DNA of 54,534 bases from Bacteroidia bacterium (GTDB taxonomy: Bacteria; Bacteroidota; Bacteroidia; Flavobacteriales; Flavobacteriaceae): the NCBI GenBank assembly GCA_030430615.1, contig JAUIKV010000001.1, positions 1-54,534 of the forward strand. Reading direction: 5' to 3'. Below are positions 39,094 to 48,927 of this stretch, piece after piece (position 1 is the first letter of the stretch; each line of letters begins with the position of its first letter). Made by a program: the position numbers and the translations under genes. The notes under the pieces were generated by a model. The model worked only from the letters and a program-made list of their open reading frames with translations. It was not told where the DNA came from and did not search any database.

Positions 39094-40511
39094 GAAACGC
39101 GAAGCGTATTCACCATTCCCTTTTCGGCCACGGGCATGGAGGTCAGATTGATCACGAAGTCGCCTTTTTGGGCGTAACCTTTTTCAACAGTAATTTTATT
39201 CAGGTCTTCAACGGTTTCATCTGTGCTTACCATTCTATCGTAAAACTGGGCCTTGACTCCCCAGAGCAAATTCAGCATCGCGAGTATCCTTGGATTGTCT
39301 GAAAACGCCAATATATTGGCTTTCGGGCGTCTTGCTGAAATTTGAAAGGCGGTGTAACCACTGTTGGTCAGGGTTGTTATGGCCGAAGCTCCAATTTCGT
39401 TCGCCATTTTAGCAGCTGTGCTGCAGACGGATTTTGAAATGAAACGCTCGTTGATGCATTGCACACCATGAACATATCCTTCAATCAGCTCCGAATCTTC
39501 CACACCTACTATGATGCTTCGCATGGCCTTGATGACTTCAAGGGGATATTCTCCTACAGAAGTCTCACCAGACAACATGACAGCATCCGCACCGTCCATG
39601 ATTGAGTTGGCCACGTCATTAACTTCCGCACGCGTGGGAATCTGACTTGTGATCATCGACTCCATCATCTGGGTAGCAATGATCACCGGAATTCGTGCCT
39701 CCTTGGCCTTTCTAACCAACATTTTCTGTATAATCGGAACTTTTTGCATGGGAATTTCCACTCCGAGGTCTCCCCGGGCTACCATGATTCCATCACAATA
39801 GGCTGTGAGGTGATTGATATTCGCCACAGCCTCAGGTTTTTCTATCTTGGCGATGATAGGGATCTTATAACTCGATTTCTCTTTGATCAGATCGGCCAGC
39901 TTGACCAAATCCTCCGGAGTTCGCACAAAAGACAGGGCGATCCAATCGACTTCCTGCTCAATGGCGAAAATGGCGTCTTTGATGTCTTTTTTGGTCAGGG
40001 CAGGAAGTGATATCTTGGTATTGGGCAGGTTTACGCCCTTCTTTGATTTCAATGACCCTCCGCGAAGCACTTTAGTAACTACTTTGGTGTCTCGGTCTGT
40101 GTCAATGACCTCGAACAGAAGTTTGCCGTCGTCAACCAATATTTTCTCACCTGCCTCAACGTCCTTTGGGAAATTCTGATAGGTCATATAGGCTTTCTCA
40201 CTTGTTCCAATACATTCCTCGGTGGTAAAGATAAACTCGTCACCCGGTTTCAACTTCACCTTTTTTTCCATGACACCAACTCTAAGCTTTGGCCCCTGAA
40301 GATCCGCAAGAGCGGCTACGTTGAAATTATTGTCCTTATTCAATTCCCTGATCCAGCGAATCTTGGTTTTCACATCGTCGTAATCCGCGTGAGAAAAATT
40401 GATACGGAAAACGTTCACTCCCGCCACCATCATCTCCTTCATGATTTCCTTGCTGTCTATGGCGGGTCCCAATGTTGCTACGATTTTCGTCTTTTTTCTT
40501 TTATTGATCAT
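39084..40511 (-). CDS. pyk: Pyruvate kinase
   Basis: TKIVATLGPA, RINFSH, DLQGPKLR, AKIEK, MVARGDLGVE, ATQMMESM, PTRAEVNDVAN, MLSGETS. Confidence 0.98.
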   Translation of the reverse strand: MINKRKKTKIVATLGPAIDSKEIMKEMMVAGVNVFRINFSHADYDDVKTKIRWIRELNKDNNFNVAALADLQGPKLRVGVMEKKVKLKPGDEFIFTTEECIGTSEKAYMTYQNFPKDVEAGEKILVDDGKLLFEVIDTDRDTKVVTKVLRGGSLKSKKGVNLPNTKISLPALTKKDIKDAIFAIEQEVDWIALSFVRTPEDLVKLADLIKEKSSYKIPIIAKIEKPEAVANINHLTAYCDGIMVARGDLGVEIPMQKVPIIQKMLVRKAKEARIPVIIATQMMESMITSQIPTRAEVNDVANSIMDGADAVMLSGETSVGEYPLEVIKAMRSIIVGVEDSELIEGYVHGVQCINERFISKSVCSTAAKMANEIGASAITTLTNSGYTAFQISARRPKANILAFSDNPRILAMLNLLWGVKAQFYDRMVSTDETVEDLNKITVEKGYAQKGDFVINLTSMPVAEKGMVNTLRVSQV

Positions 40512-40513
40512 CT

Positions 40514-40981
40514 CTAAAAAATTAAGTTATCTCGTGATTTAAGTTCCATTACATCAATTGAGTAGGAAGTGATCACTTTGTGTATTCTATTGATCTTTTG
40601 CAGGGTTGTGTTGAGTTTTTGCTCATCCTCAAGGCCCTCAACCTTTATGAAATAGTCGACTTGCTTCTTCTCCGGGATCAGATAGGAGATTCGGGTTTCC
40701 TTTTCGAACAGATTCCGGTTGTGTAGCGCCAGATCATTCACTGAAACATGCTTGTTTGATATCAGAGACCAGTTCGTGTAGGTCGCCTCATCATCAAAAG
40801 TGTATAAGGAGAAAGAGCAATTCCTGGATTTGAAATCCAAATCATCTTTGAAACGTGAAAGGTACAGTTTCAATTGCTGATTCAGGTAAAAAGCCATGTG
40901 GTAGTCCTCCAACATCGAATGAATGCCGATCAAAGTGTAGTCGTGATCGAAATCTAAATCTATCGTATGTACCTTAGACAC
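40514..40981 (-). CDS. IPExxxVDY-family protein
   Basis: Contains LIPEKKQVDY; lies between rnc and pyk; likely GTG start at 40981. Confidence 0.85.
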   Translation of the reverse strand: MSKVHTIDLDFDHDYTLIGIHSMLEDYHMAFYLNQQLKLYLSRFKDDLDFKSRNCSFSLYTFDDEATYTNWSLISNKHVSVNDLALHNRNLFEKETRISYLIPEKKQVDYFIKVEGLEDEQKLNTTLQKINRIHKVITSYSIDVMELKSRDNLIF

Positions 40982-41068
40982 TTCTGGGAGTTTGTTATTG
41001 TTAGCGACACAAAAATAGCCATAGTTTTGTGAACTCGGCGCTAAATTCTGTGAAAACAAATGTTTGGT

Positions 41069-41803
41069 TTAAGCCTCTATTTCTTTTTGAAGCTTGTAAT
41101 AAGCTCTCTTTGAAGCAATTTCTTCTGCTTTCTTTTTCGAAGTAGCACGCCCTTTGGCCGTTAGCTGTTCATCGATGAACATTTTGACGCTGAAATGCTT
41201 CAGCGCATCATTGCCTGTATCCTCGTAGACATTATAGCGAATTTTCTTTCGGGTCTTCTGACCCCATTCGATCAAAACGCTTTTGTAACTGGTAATTTTA
41301 CCCTCGAGGCGCTCGATATCTACGTACGGTTCTATCATGAACCGGTAGATGAACTTTTCAGTAAAGCTGTACCCCCGGTCCGAATGGATCGCTCCTATCA
41401 AGGCTTCGAATAAGTTCCCGTGAATATTTTCCCCAAAATTGCTGCTCGGGATGGCACTTCTCACAAATTTGATCAGGTCCAGGTCTTTGCCCAATTCGTT
41501 TAAATGCTCCCTACTCACAATTTTGGACCTCATCTGTGTTAAATATCCCTCGTCTCCTGTCGGAATTTTCTTAAACAAGTAGTTGGCTATTACAGAGCCG
41601 AGCACCGCATCTCCCAAAAACTCCAGCCTTTCATAATTCATAGGGAAGCCATGACTATTCAACTCTTTCAATGAACTGTGGGTAAAGGCCTCTTTGTAGA
41701 ACTCGACCTTTCTCGGACGGTAGCGCAAAATCTTTTTCATCGCAAGAACAAACTCTTCATCCGGGCTGGAATTGGAATTTGTTATTTTGCGAATCAGATT
41801 CAT
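41069..41803 (-). CDS. rnc: Ribonuclease III
   Basis: AFTHSS, NYERLEFLGDAVL, FEALIGAI, C-terminal dsRBD (SKKKAEE). Confidence 0.97.
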   Translation of the reverse strand: MNLIRKITNSNSSPDEEFVLAMKKILRYRPRKVEFYKEAFTHSSLKELNSHGFPMNYERLEFLGDAVLGSVIANYLFKKIPTGDEGYLTQMRSKIVSREHLNELGKDLDLIKFVRSAIPSSNFGENIHGNLFEALIGAIHSDRGYSFTEKFIYRFMIEPYVDIERLEGKITSYKSVLIEWGQKTRKKIRYNVYEDTGNDALKHFSVKMFIDEQLTAKGRATSKKKAEEIASKRAYYKLQKEIEA

Positions 41804-41809
41804 TCTGCT

Positions 41810-43063
41810 TTACTCTTCGTATTTTTTCAATAGGATGCAAGCGTTGTGACCTCCGAAACCAAAGGTGTTGCTCATCGCGACTTTGACATCTCTTTTCTGA
41901 GCCTTGTTAAAAGTCAGATTAAGCTTTGGATCAATTGCATCATCATCAGTGAAGTGATTGATGGTAGGAGGCACCACTCCTTTGACTATAGACATGATTG
42001 AAGCGATGGCCTCTATGGCTCCAGCGGCTCCCAACAAGTGCCCCGTCATGGATTTGGTCGAATTGATATTCAATTTGTAGGCGTGATCCCCAAAAACTGC
42101 CTGGACAGCTTTCAGCTCAGCGACATCACCCAATGGCGTGGAGGTACCATGCATGTTTATCGCATCCACTTCTTCTGGTTCGATACCTGCGTTCTCTAGA
42201 CAGTTGATCATGACACTTTGCGCACCAAGTCCTTCCGGGTGAGGCGCCGTGATGTGATGTGCGTCTGCAGACAAGCCGCCACCGATTACCTCGGCATAGA
42301 TTTTAGCCCCTCTGGCCTTAGCGTGCTCCAATTCTTCCAGGATCAATGCTCCAGCTCCCTCTCCAAGAACAAATCCATCTCTGTCTTTGTCAAAAGGTCG
42401 TGAGGCCGTTTTCGGGTCGTCGTTTCTGGTAGAAAGGGCATGCATGGCATTGAATCCACCAATCCCTGCAATGGCTACAGCCGCTTCAGATCCTCCGGTC
42501 ACAAGGACATCGGCCAGCCCCAGACGAATGTAATTCAGGGAGTCGATTATGGAATTGGCAGAGGATGCACAGGCCGAAACCGTTGTGAAATTCGGACCTC
42601 GCAACCCATATTTGATTGAGATTTGACCCGGAGCGATGTCAGCGATCATCTTTGGAATGAAGAAGGGGTTGAATCGCGGAGAACCATCACCTGATGCGTG
42701 GTTCAACATTTCGTTCTGGAAAGTTTCCAGCCCGCCTATCCCGGCACCCCAGATCACACCGATACGGGACGTGTCTTCCTTTTCCAGATCCAATCCGGAG
42801 TCCTTGATAGCCTCATCTGAAACCACCATGGCGTATTGCGTGAATCGGTCCATTTTACGGGCCTCTTTCCTGTCCAGGTGATCATTGACCACAAAGTTTT
42901 TAAGCTCACAGGCAAAACGAGTCTTGAAATTGGAAGCGTCAAAATAGGTTATGGGTGCTGCACCACTTACGCCATTTTCAAGACCTTTCCAGTATTCTTC
43001 GACAGAGTTACCGATTGGAGTCAGCGCTCCCAATCCTGTAACAACAACCCGTTTCAATTCCAT
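41810..43063 (-). CDS. fabF: Beta-ketoacyl-ACP synthase II
   Basis: RVVVTGLG, SACASS, HGTSTPLGD, KSMTGHLLGAAG, NTFGFGGHN. Confidence 0.98.
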   Translation of the reverse strand: MELKRVVVTGLGALTPIGNSVEEYWKGLENGVSGAAPITYFDASNFKTRFACELKNFVVNDHLDRKEARKMDRFTQYAMVVSDEAIKDSGLDLEKEDTSRIGVIWGAGIGGLETFQNEMLNHASGDGSPRFNPFFIPKMIADIAPGQISIKYGLRGPNFTTVSACASSANSIIDSLNYIRLGLADVLVTGGSEAAVAIAGIGGFNAMHALSTRNDDPKTASRPFDKDRDGFVLGEGAGALILEELEHAKARGAKIYAEVIGGGLSADAHHITAPHPEGLGAQSVMINCLENAGIEPEEVDAINMHGTSTPLGDVAELKAVQAVFGDHAYKLNINSTKSMTGHLLGAAGAIEAIASIMSIVKGVVPPTINHFTDDDAIDPKLNLTFNKAQKRDVKVAMSNTFGFGGHNACILLKKYEE

Positions 43064-43091
43064 TTGGATCTAAATTAGTTATGAATACAAC

Positions 43092-43138
43092 AAATTACGA
43101 GCCGTTCCGTGCCGGAAAAGCTCGTAATTTCAAAGATA
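43092..43138 (-). promoter_or_regulatory. Internal -7 promoter element followed by a long stem-loop in the acpP-fabF spacer
   Basis: TATCTTTG (43131-43138), then AAATTACGAGC-TT-TTCCG-GCA-CGGAA-CG-GCTCGTAATTT (43092-43130). Confidence 0.6.
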
Positions 43139-43152
43139 TAATAAAAAAATAA

Positions 43153-43386
43153 TTATTTAGCCTCTTCGATGTAGCTAATAGCTTGACCTACAGTACCGAT
43201 GTTCTCAGCTTGGTCGTCAGGGATCTGGATATCAAACTCCTTTTCAAATTCCATGATTAATTCAACAGTATCCAAAGAATCCGCTCCCAGATCGTTAGTA
43301 AAGTTGGCTTCATTGGTAACCTCATTCTCGTCAACACCTAATTTATCAACGATAATGGCCTTTACTCTTGATGCAATGTCTGACAT
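43153..43386 (-). CDS. acpP: Acyl carrier protein
   Basis: MSDIASRVK...[20 protein letters not shown]; ATG at 43386; -7 element TATTTTTG at 43417-43424. Confidence 0.98.
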   Translation of the reverse strand: MSDIASRVKAIIVDKLGVDENEVTNEANFTNDLGADSLDTVELIMEFEKEFDIQIPDDQAENIGTVGQAISYIEEAK

Positions 43387-43554
43387 AATTTTTGATTTTA
43401 AATTTAAATATTGCTGCAAAAATAATATATTTTGAATTTCTACACCGAAAAAGTGTAAAAAATTGAATTACAGTGTCGGTCAGAATCTTCTGGAATCGTT
43501 TTTTCTTTCAGGCTTTTATTCTTTCTTTTGTCAGAATCAAATCCAAATCAATTG

Positions 43555-44127
43555 ATGCAACGAATCGTGATTTTTGCCTCAGGCTCAGGAACCAATGCCG
43601 AAAACATCATACGTCATTTTCAGGACTCGTCGATAGCTCGTGTGACCTGGGTTTTGTGCAACAAGGAAGGAGCTGGAGTTCTAAGCCGGGCCAAACGTTT
43701 GGGAGTGCCTACCAGGGTTTTCACAAAACAGGAGCTCTTCAGCAGGGATTTTATTGATTTTGTGGTAGCCGAAGGTGACTTTGTTGTGCTTGCCGGATTC
43801 TTGCTTAAAGTACCCAATGAATTGACAAGGGCCTTCGAAGGGGCCATGGTTAACATTCACCCGGCTCTTTTACCCAAATATGGAGGTAAGGGAATGTATG
43901 GGATGAATGTGCACAGGGCCGTTGTTGAGAATCAGGAGAAAGAATCCGGAATTACGATCCACTATGTGAATGAGAATTATGACGAAGGCGCGATAATCTT
44001 CCAAAAGGAGGTGGCTTTGACCAGAGAGGACAGTCCGGAAGACGTTGCCCAAAAAATTCACGCCCTTGAGCAGGAGTATTTTCCCGCTGTAATTCAGCAG
44101 CAGATAGAGAAGAAAAATGAAGGTTGA
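43555..44127 (+). CDS. purN: Phosphoribosylglycinamide formyltransferase
   Basis: FASGSGTNA, LAGF, NIHPALLP, GITIHYV, YDEG; ATG at 43555. Confidence 0.96.
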   Translation: MQRIVIFASGSGTNAENIIRHFQDSSIARVTWVLCNKEGAGVLSRAKRLGVPTRVFTKQELFSRDFIDFVVAEGDFVVLAGFLLKVPNELTRAFEGAMVNIHPALLPKYGGKGMYGMNVHRAVVENQEKESGITIHYVNENYDEGAIIFQKEVALTREDSPEDVAQKIHALEQEYFPAVIQQQIEKKNEG

Positions 44128-44590
44128 TATCTACACCGATGGTGCTTGCAAAGGGAACCCGGGAAGGGGAGGCTATGGAATCATCATGGAGTGGGTGGGA
44201 AAACCCTATGTAAAAGAGTTTTCAAAAGGCTTTCGAAAGACGACAAACAACAGAATGGAGTTGCTTGCTGTGATTGTGGCCCTTGAGCAACTGAAGAAGG
44301 AGGGCTTAGAAACAGACATCTACTCGGATTCCAAATACGTTGTTGACGCGGTGAACAAAGGATGGGTTTTTGGCTGGCAAAAGAAAGGTTTCCAGGGGAA
44401 AAAGAATCCCGATCTGTGGCGCAGATTTCTAAAGGTGTACAAGAAGCATAAGGTGAGATTTCACTGGGTCAAAGGACACAATGAACATCCGCAAAATGAG
44501 CGCTGTGACGCACTGGCAGTGAAAGCTGCCTCATCAGAAGAACTGGATATCGACGAGGGCTTTGAGTCTCAGGGAGCCGGTTTGTTCTGA
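44117..44590 (+). CDS. rnhA: Ribonuclease HI
   Basis: YTDGACKGNPG, TTNNRMEL, DSKYV, KNPDLW, WVKGH, NERCD. Confidence 0.97.
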   Translation: MKVDIYTDGACKGNPGRGGYGIIMEWVGKPYVKEFSKGFRKTTNNRMELLAVIVALEQLKKEGLETDIYSDSKYVVDAVNKGWVFGWQKKGFQGKKNPDLWRRFLKVYKKHKVRFHWVKGHNEHPQNERCDALAVKAASSEELDIDEGFESQGAGLF

Positions 44591-44593
44591 AAT

Positions 44594-45241
44594 CTACTCT
44601 GCAATCGCAAGCATGATCAGCTTATCCTTGGCATCGAAAAGGTGCAATTCACTTTTCACAATTTTGTAATAGGCGATCTGATTCATTTTTTTGAGAAAAG
44701 CGTCTTCAACAGACATGTCTGCACACATTTTCCGGGTGGACCCAGCATCGCTGAAGGTTAGTTCGGCACCCTTGAGATTGTAAGTGGCAAAATAGTTATT
44801 GCATCCGGCATAACCGGAAACCCTGTTCTCGTCTCTGGCAAAAACAAAAGTGGGAAAGTTTTTCATCGACTCCAACCCGTCCATTTGAATGACTTTCCAG
44901 GTTCCGATCAGATCGTCTCCCCCTTGAGCACTTTCTTGAGAAAGTGTTTTAGAAACCAATTCAGTCAATGTGTACTTCTTGCTGGACGCGTCTGCCGGCG
45001 GATTCTCGACATTTTCAACTTTGACGCGCAACTCGTAAGAATAGCCTTCCTCGTAATTAAAACCGGCAATTTTGTCATAAAAATAGGTCCAATCCGCATC
45101 GGGGCTTTCTTTGATCAGCATGCATTTTTGCCTGGAAACACCGGTGCAATCCTCCAGGTGATCAGCAATGTAAAGGGTTTGAATCTCTTCAGACTGTGCC
45201 GAGGTACAGGAGAGAATGAGCAGTAGTATCAAATATTTCAT
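44594..45241 (-). CDS. Lipoprotein with DUF4377-like and META (HslJ) domains
   Basis: Lipobox ILSC; CTGVSRQKCM...GFNYEEGYSYEL...PPADASS; META motif GYAGCNNY...STRKMC; ATGA overlap with sufS. Confidence 0.82.
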   Translation of the reverse strand: MKYLILLLILSCTSAQSEEIQTLYIADHLEDCTGVSRQKCMLIKESPDADWTYFYDKIAGFNYEEGYSYELRVKVENVENPPADASSKKYTLTELVSKTLSQESAQGGDDLIGTWKVIQMDGLESMKNFPTFVFARDENRVSGYAGCNNYFATYNLKGAELTFSDAGSTRKMCADMSVEDAFLKKMNQIAYYKIVKSELHLFDAKDKLIMLAIAE

Positions 45242-46467
45242 AATAGCATGTTTTTTGCCCGTTTGACGGCTTCTACAAAAATATCAATTTCTTCTTTAGT
45301 ATTGTAAAAAGCGAAAGAGGCTCTTACGGTTCCCGGAATCCGGTAAAAATCCATGATGGGCTGAGCACAGTGATGTCCGGTTCGAACAGCGATGCCCAGT
45401 TTGTCGATTATCGCTCCAATATCATAGGGGTGAATGCCTTCAATGTTAAAGGAAATTACGGATGCCTTGTTCGACTCAGGCCCATAGATTCTAAGGTCTT
45501 CGATTTCCAGAAGTCTTTTTGTCGCGTATTCGAGCAATTCATGCTCATAAGCCGCAATGCGGTCAAAACCAATTCCATTCATGAAATCCAAGGCTACTCC
45601 AAAAGCAATGACCCCGCTGACATTGGGCGTCCCAGCCTCGAATTTATGCGGGAGATCTGCAAAGGTCGTCTTTTCAAAGGTCACCTCACTGATCATCTCA
45701 CCACCTCCCTGGTAGGGTGGAAGCTTATTCAACCACTCTTCCTTGCCAAAAAGCATTCCCACGCCCGTTGGACCGCATATCTTATGGGCGGAGCAAGTGT
45801 AGAAATCACAGTCAAGTTCCTGCACATCGGGTTTGATATGGGGAGTTGCCTGGGCCCCGTCTATTAAAACTGCGGCATTGTTTTCATGCGCCAGCTCGAT
45901 GATCTCCTTTACAGGGTTGATGGTTCCAAGTGCATTGGAAACGTGATTTACAAAAACGAGTTGGGTTCTCACGTTGAGCAGATCACGGTAGGCGGACATA
46001 TCCAGTTCGCCTTCCTCCGACATCGGAATCACTTTGAGCACGGCTCCCGTTCGCTCACAGAGCATCTGCCAGGGAACAATGTTGGAATGGTGCTCGAGGG
46101 CTGAAACGATAATCTCATCTCCCTTTTTCAGAATATCCGCGAAGCCATTCGCCACCAGGTTAATGGCGTGCGTAGTGCCCGAGGTCAGGATGATTTCGTA
46201 AGGTTTTGAAGCATTGAAATGCTCCTGGATCTTTTGTCTGGCCTGTTCGTAAGCATCAGTGGCTTCCTGACTGAGACTATGGACTCCCCGATGGATGTTC
46301 GCGTTGTATCGACTGTAGTAATCAACGATGGCGTCAATCACGACCCTGGGTGTCTGGGAAGTAGCCGCATTGTCGAGGTAAATTAAGGGGTGTCCATTCA
46401 CCTTTCTATCCAGAATCGGGAATTCCTTTCGGATGCTCTTAACGTCAAAAACGGTGCTTTGTAACAT
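45238..46467 (-). CDS. sufS: Cysteine desulfurase, SufS type
   Basis: YLDNAATSQ, NIHRGVH, EHHSNIVPW, DGAQ, SAHK, FEAGTP, RTGHHCAQP; likely ATG at 46467. Confidence 0.96.
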   Translation of the reverse strand: MLQSTVFDVKSIRKEFPILDRKVNGHPLIYLDNAATSQTPRVVIDAIVDYYSRYNANIHRGVHSLSQEATDAYEQARQKIQEHFNASKPYEIILTSGTTHAINLVANGFADILKKGDEIIVSALEHHSNIVPWQMLCERTGAVLKVIPMSEEGELDMSAYRDLLNVRTQLVFVNHVSNALGTINPVKEIIELAHENNAAVLIDGAQATPHIKPDVQELDCDFYTCSAHKICGPTGVGMLFGKEEWLNKLPPYQGGGEMISEVTFEKTTFADLPHKFEAGTPNVSGVIAFGVALDFMNGIGFDRIAAYEHELLEYATKRLLEIEDLRIYGPESNKASVISFNIEGIHPYDIGAIIDKLGIAVRTGHHCAQPIMDFYRIPGTVRASFAFYNTKEEIDIFVEAVKRAKNMLL

Positions 46468-46473
46468 GGGTTT

Positions 46474-46501
46474 ATTTAGAATCATTCAAAATACAAAATT
46501 A
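46474..46501 (-). promoter_or_regulatory. 19-bp palindromic operator (Fur-like) just downstream of the sufS -7 element
   Basis: ATTTAGAATCATTCAAAAT (46474-46492, + strand); TAATTTTG -7 element at 46494-46501. Confidence 0.7.
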
Positions 46502-46576
46502 CGAAAGAATGCCTGCAATCAGCTCATTGCGATGTGAATATTATTATTTTTGTTCGAATTTCTCATCAACCAAGTT

Positions 46577-47923
46577 ATGCGTAAGTCCTATAAAGCTCTT
46601 TTAACAATATTTCTGATTGCAATTGTCTGGGCAGTTGTGGTCAACTATCCGAGATTAGACATCTTGACGGGCTTCGCCTCAAAGAATGTCGCTTCTGGCA
46701 TGTTCCTGGCCGGGAGGAGTCAGGAGTCCATTGAAGAAGGAGATAATGGGTTCCTGCCTGTGAGCTTGTCGAGCAACAAAGTTAATTTGAAGGACAAATC
46801 AGTGAGTTCGACGGTATTCGGCCTCAATAAGCGAACGGCTGTTTACATAGAGGGACTGGGTGCAGTTTTAGTAAATAAGGATTATGTCGAAGGGATGCAA
46901 TTCAAAGTGCCTCAAAGGTTCGGAGCTCCGAAATCTTTGCCCTTTCCTTACGGAAACCTTCCTCAGAAGGATACCGTTTTTCAAGAGGTGAATTATCAGA
47001 AATTGAAGGCTACAGTCCAAAATGCTTTCGATACCCCGGGTATGGAAGACAAAAGGACTCGTTCATTGTTGGTAGTATATAAGGATCAAATCATCGCTGA
47101 GAACTATTCAGAAGGATTCGATGCAACTACACCCATTTTGGGCTGGTCGATGACCAAGAGCATAACCAGCACCGTGTATGGAATACTTTCGAGGAAAGGA
47201 GAAATTGACATCTATGAGCCTGTAGGGATCGCCCATTGGGAGGATGATGAAAGAAAGCAAATCACATACAATGACCTGCTTCATATGAACAGCGGCCTGG
47301 AGTGGGAAGAAGATTACAATACGATGTCTGACGTTACCGTCATGCTTTTTCAGGAAAGTGACATGGGAGCCATGCAAGCTGCCAAGACCCTGGTGGGAAA
47401 ACCTGACAGTACTTGGAATTATTCATCCGGAACGACGAATTTGCTCGCCGGACCCCTCCTGAAAAACAAGTTCAATGACCAGCAGGAATACCTGGATTTT
47501 TGGTACAGGGAGCTACTGGACAAGATCGGCATGCATTCGGCTGTTATCGAGACCGACCTTTCCGGAAGCTATGTAGGTTCCTCCTATGGATGGGCAAATA
47601 CCAGAGATTGGGCGAAATTCGGACTGTTGTATTTGAAAAAAGGGAACTGGAATGGTGAGCAGATCATCGATTCGACCTGGGTCGATTATGTGTCCACTCC
47701 CACCAATACCTCAGATGGAAGATACGGGGCACAGTTTTGGCTGAATGCCGGAGGACACTATCCCGATGTGCCCAGAGATTTGTTCTCTGCAAACGGATAC
47801 CAGGGTCAATACGTATTTATCATCCCCTCCAAGGATCTTGTCATCGTAAGAATGGGTCTTATGGAAGAACCTGATTTCGATGTCAATGGTTTGTTGCGAG
47901 ATATTGTTTCCTGTATCGAGTGA
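46577..47923 (+). CDS. Serine hydrolase, beta-lactamase/PBP-like superfamily
   Basis: N-terminal anchor, WSMTKS (SxxK), LLHMNSGL, WNYSSG, ANGYQGQ; ATG at 46577. Confidence 0.88.
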   Translation: MRKSYKALLTIFLIAIVWAVVVNYPRLDILTGFASKNVASGMFLAGRSQESIEEGDNGFLPVSLSSNKVNLKDKSVSSTVFGLNKRTAVYIEGLGAVLVNKDYVEGMQFKVPQRFGAPKSLPFPYGNLPQKDTVFQEVNYQKLKATVQNAFDTPGMEDKRTRSLLVVYKDQIIAENYSEGFDATTPILGWSMTKSITSTVYGILSRKGEIDIYEPVGIAHWEDDERKQITYNDLLHMNSGLEWEEDYNTMSDVTVMLFQESDMGAMQAAKTLVGKPDSTWNYSSGTTNLLAGPLLKNKFNDQQEYLDFWYRELLDKIGMHSAVIETDLSGSYVGSSYGWANTRDWAKFGLLYLKKGNWNGEQIIDSTWVDYVSTPTNTSDGRYGAQFWLNAGGHYPDVPRDLFSANGYQGQYVFIIPSKDLVIVRMGLMEEPDFDVNGLLRDIVSCIE

Positions 47924-47996
47924 ATTCCCATGAGGTAGTGAGTTTTTTGAAAAGCATTCGATTATTGAGAAAGTTGATCCAAAGGACTAATTAAAA

Positions 47997-48872
47997 ATGG
48001 CTGTCAACGAGTTAAATTTAAAGGAGATCGAGAGGGTAGATTCCATCAGCAAAAAGGAATTTATCGAGAATTATGTCAAACCCCAGGTTCCGGTGGTCAT
48101 TGAGAATCTTGTGCAGGACTGGCCCGCAGTAAGGAATTGGGATTTCAATTATATGCGTGAGAAGGTGGGGGACAAGATCGTTCCTCTTTATGACGATCGC
48201 CCTGTTGATTACAAGGATGGGTTCAATGAGCCTCATGCCAAAATGAAGATGAGCGAGTACATTGATCTGTTAGAGCGTGAGCCGACCCGATATCGCATCT
48301 TTCTTTACAATGTTTTGAAGGAGGTTCCGGAGCTTCAGAATGATTTTGATTTTCCCGAAATCGGTCTGCGCCTGATGAAGTCTCTTCCGATGCTATTTTT
48401 CGGAGGAGAAGATTCCTACACCTTCATGCACTATGACATTGACCTGGCAAATATTCTGCATTTTCACTTTCAGGGAGAAAAGGAATGCATTCTCTATCCG
48501 TTTGGAGAAAAAAAGCATTTGTACAAGGTGCCCCATTCGCTGATCGCTCATGAATCGATCGATTTTTCCAAACCGGATTACGAAAAATGGCCGGCACTGA
48601 AAAATGCAAACGGGTACAGGACAAGACTCGGGCATGGACAGACTTTGTACATGCCTGAAGGCTATTGGCACTATATGCGCTACGTTACACCCGGTTTTTC
48701 AATGAGTATGCGCTCGATTGCCCGCAATCCAAGAAACCTCTCACAGGCTTTGTACAATATATTCATCATGAGGCACTACGACAATCTCATGCGAAGAATC
48801 AAAGGTCAGAAATGGATCGACGAAAAGAATGAACGCGCCATAACGAACACGAACAAAAGGCTCAATAATTGA
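47997..48872 (+). CDS. JmjC/cupin-like Fe(II)/2-oxoglutarate oxygenase
   Basis: PVVI...WPA...W, FFGG, MHYD (HxD), LYMPEGYWH. Confidence 0.88.
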   Translation: MAVNELNLKEIERVDSISKKEFIENYVKPQVPVVIENLVQDWPAVRNWDFNYMREKVGDKIVPLYDDRPVDYKDGFNEPHAKMKMSEYIDLLEREPTRYRIFLYNVLKEVPELQNDFDFPEIGLRLMKSLPMLFFGGEDSYTFMHYDIDLANILHFHFQGEKECILYPFGEKKHLYKVPHSLIAHESIDFSKPDYEKWPALKNANGYRTRLGHGQTLYMPEGYWHYMRYVTPGFSMSMRSIARNPRNLSQALYNIFIMRHYDNLMRRIKGQKWIDEKNERAITNTNKRLNN

Positions 48873-48927
48873 AGCCTTGAAACTCTGCTGAAGAGATTTG
48901 TGGATCAAGTTTGAATTCCAGGTCGAG

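Noticed and set aside
46577-47923. Possible beta-lactam resistance gene
   Set aside because: Generic SxxK serine hydrolase without the class A, C or D signature set; no mobile context
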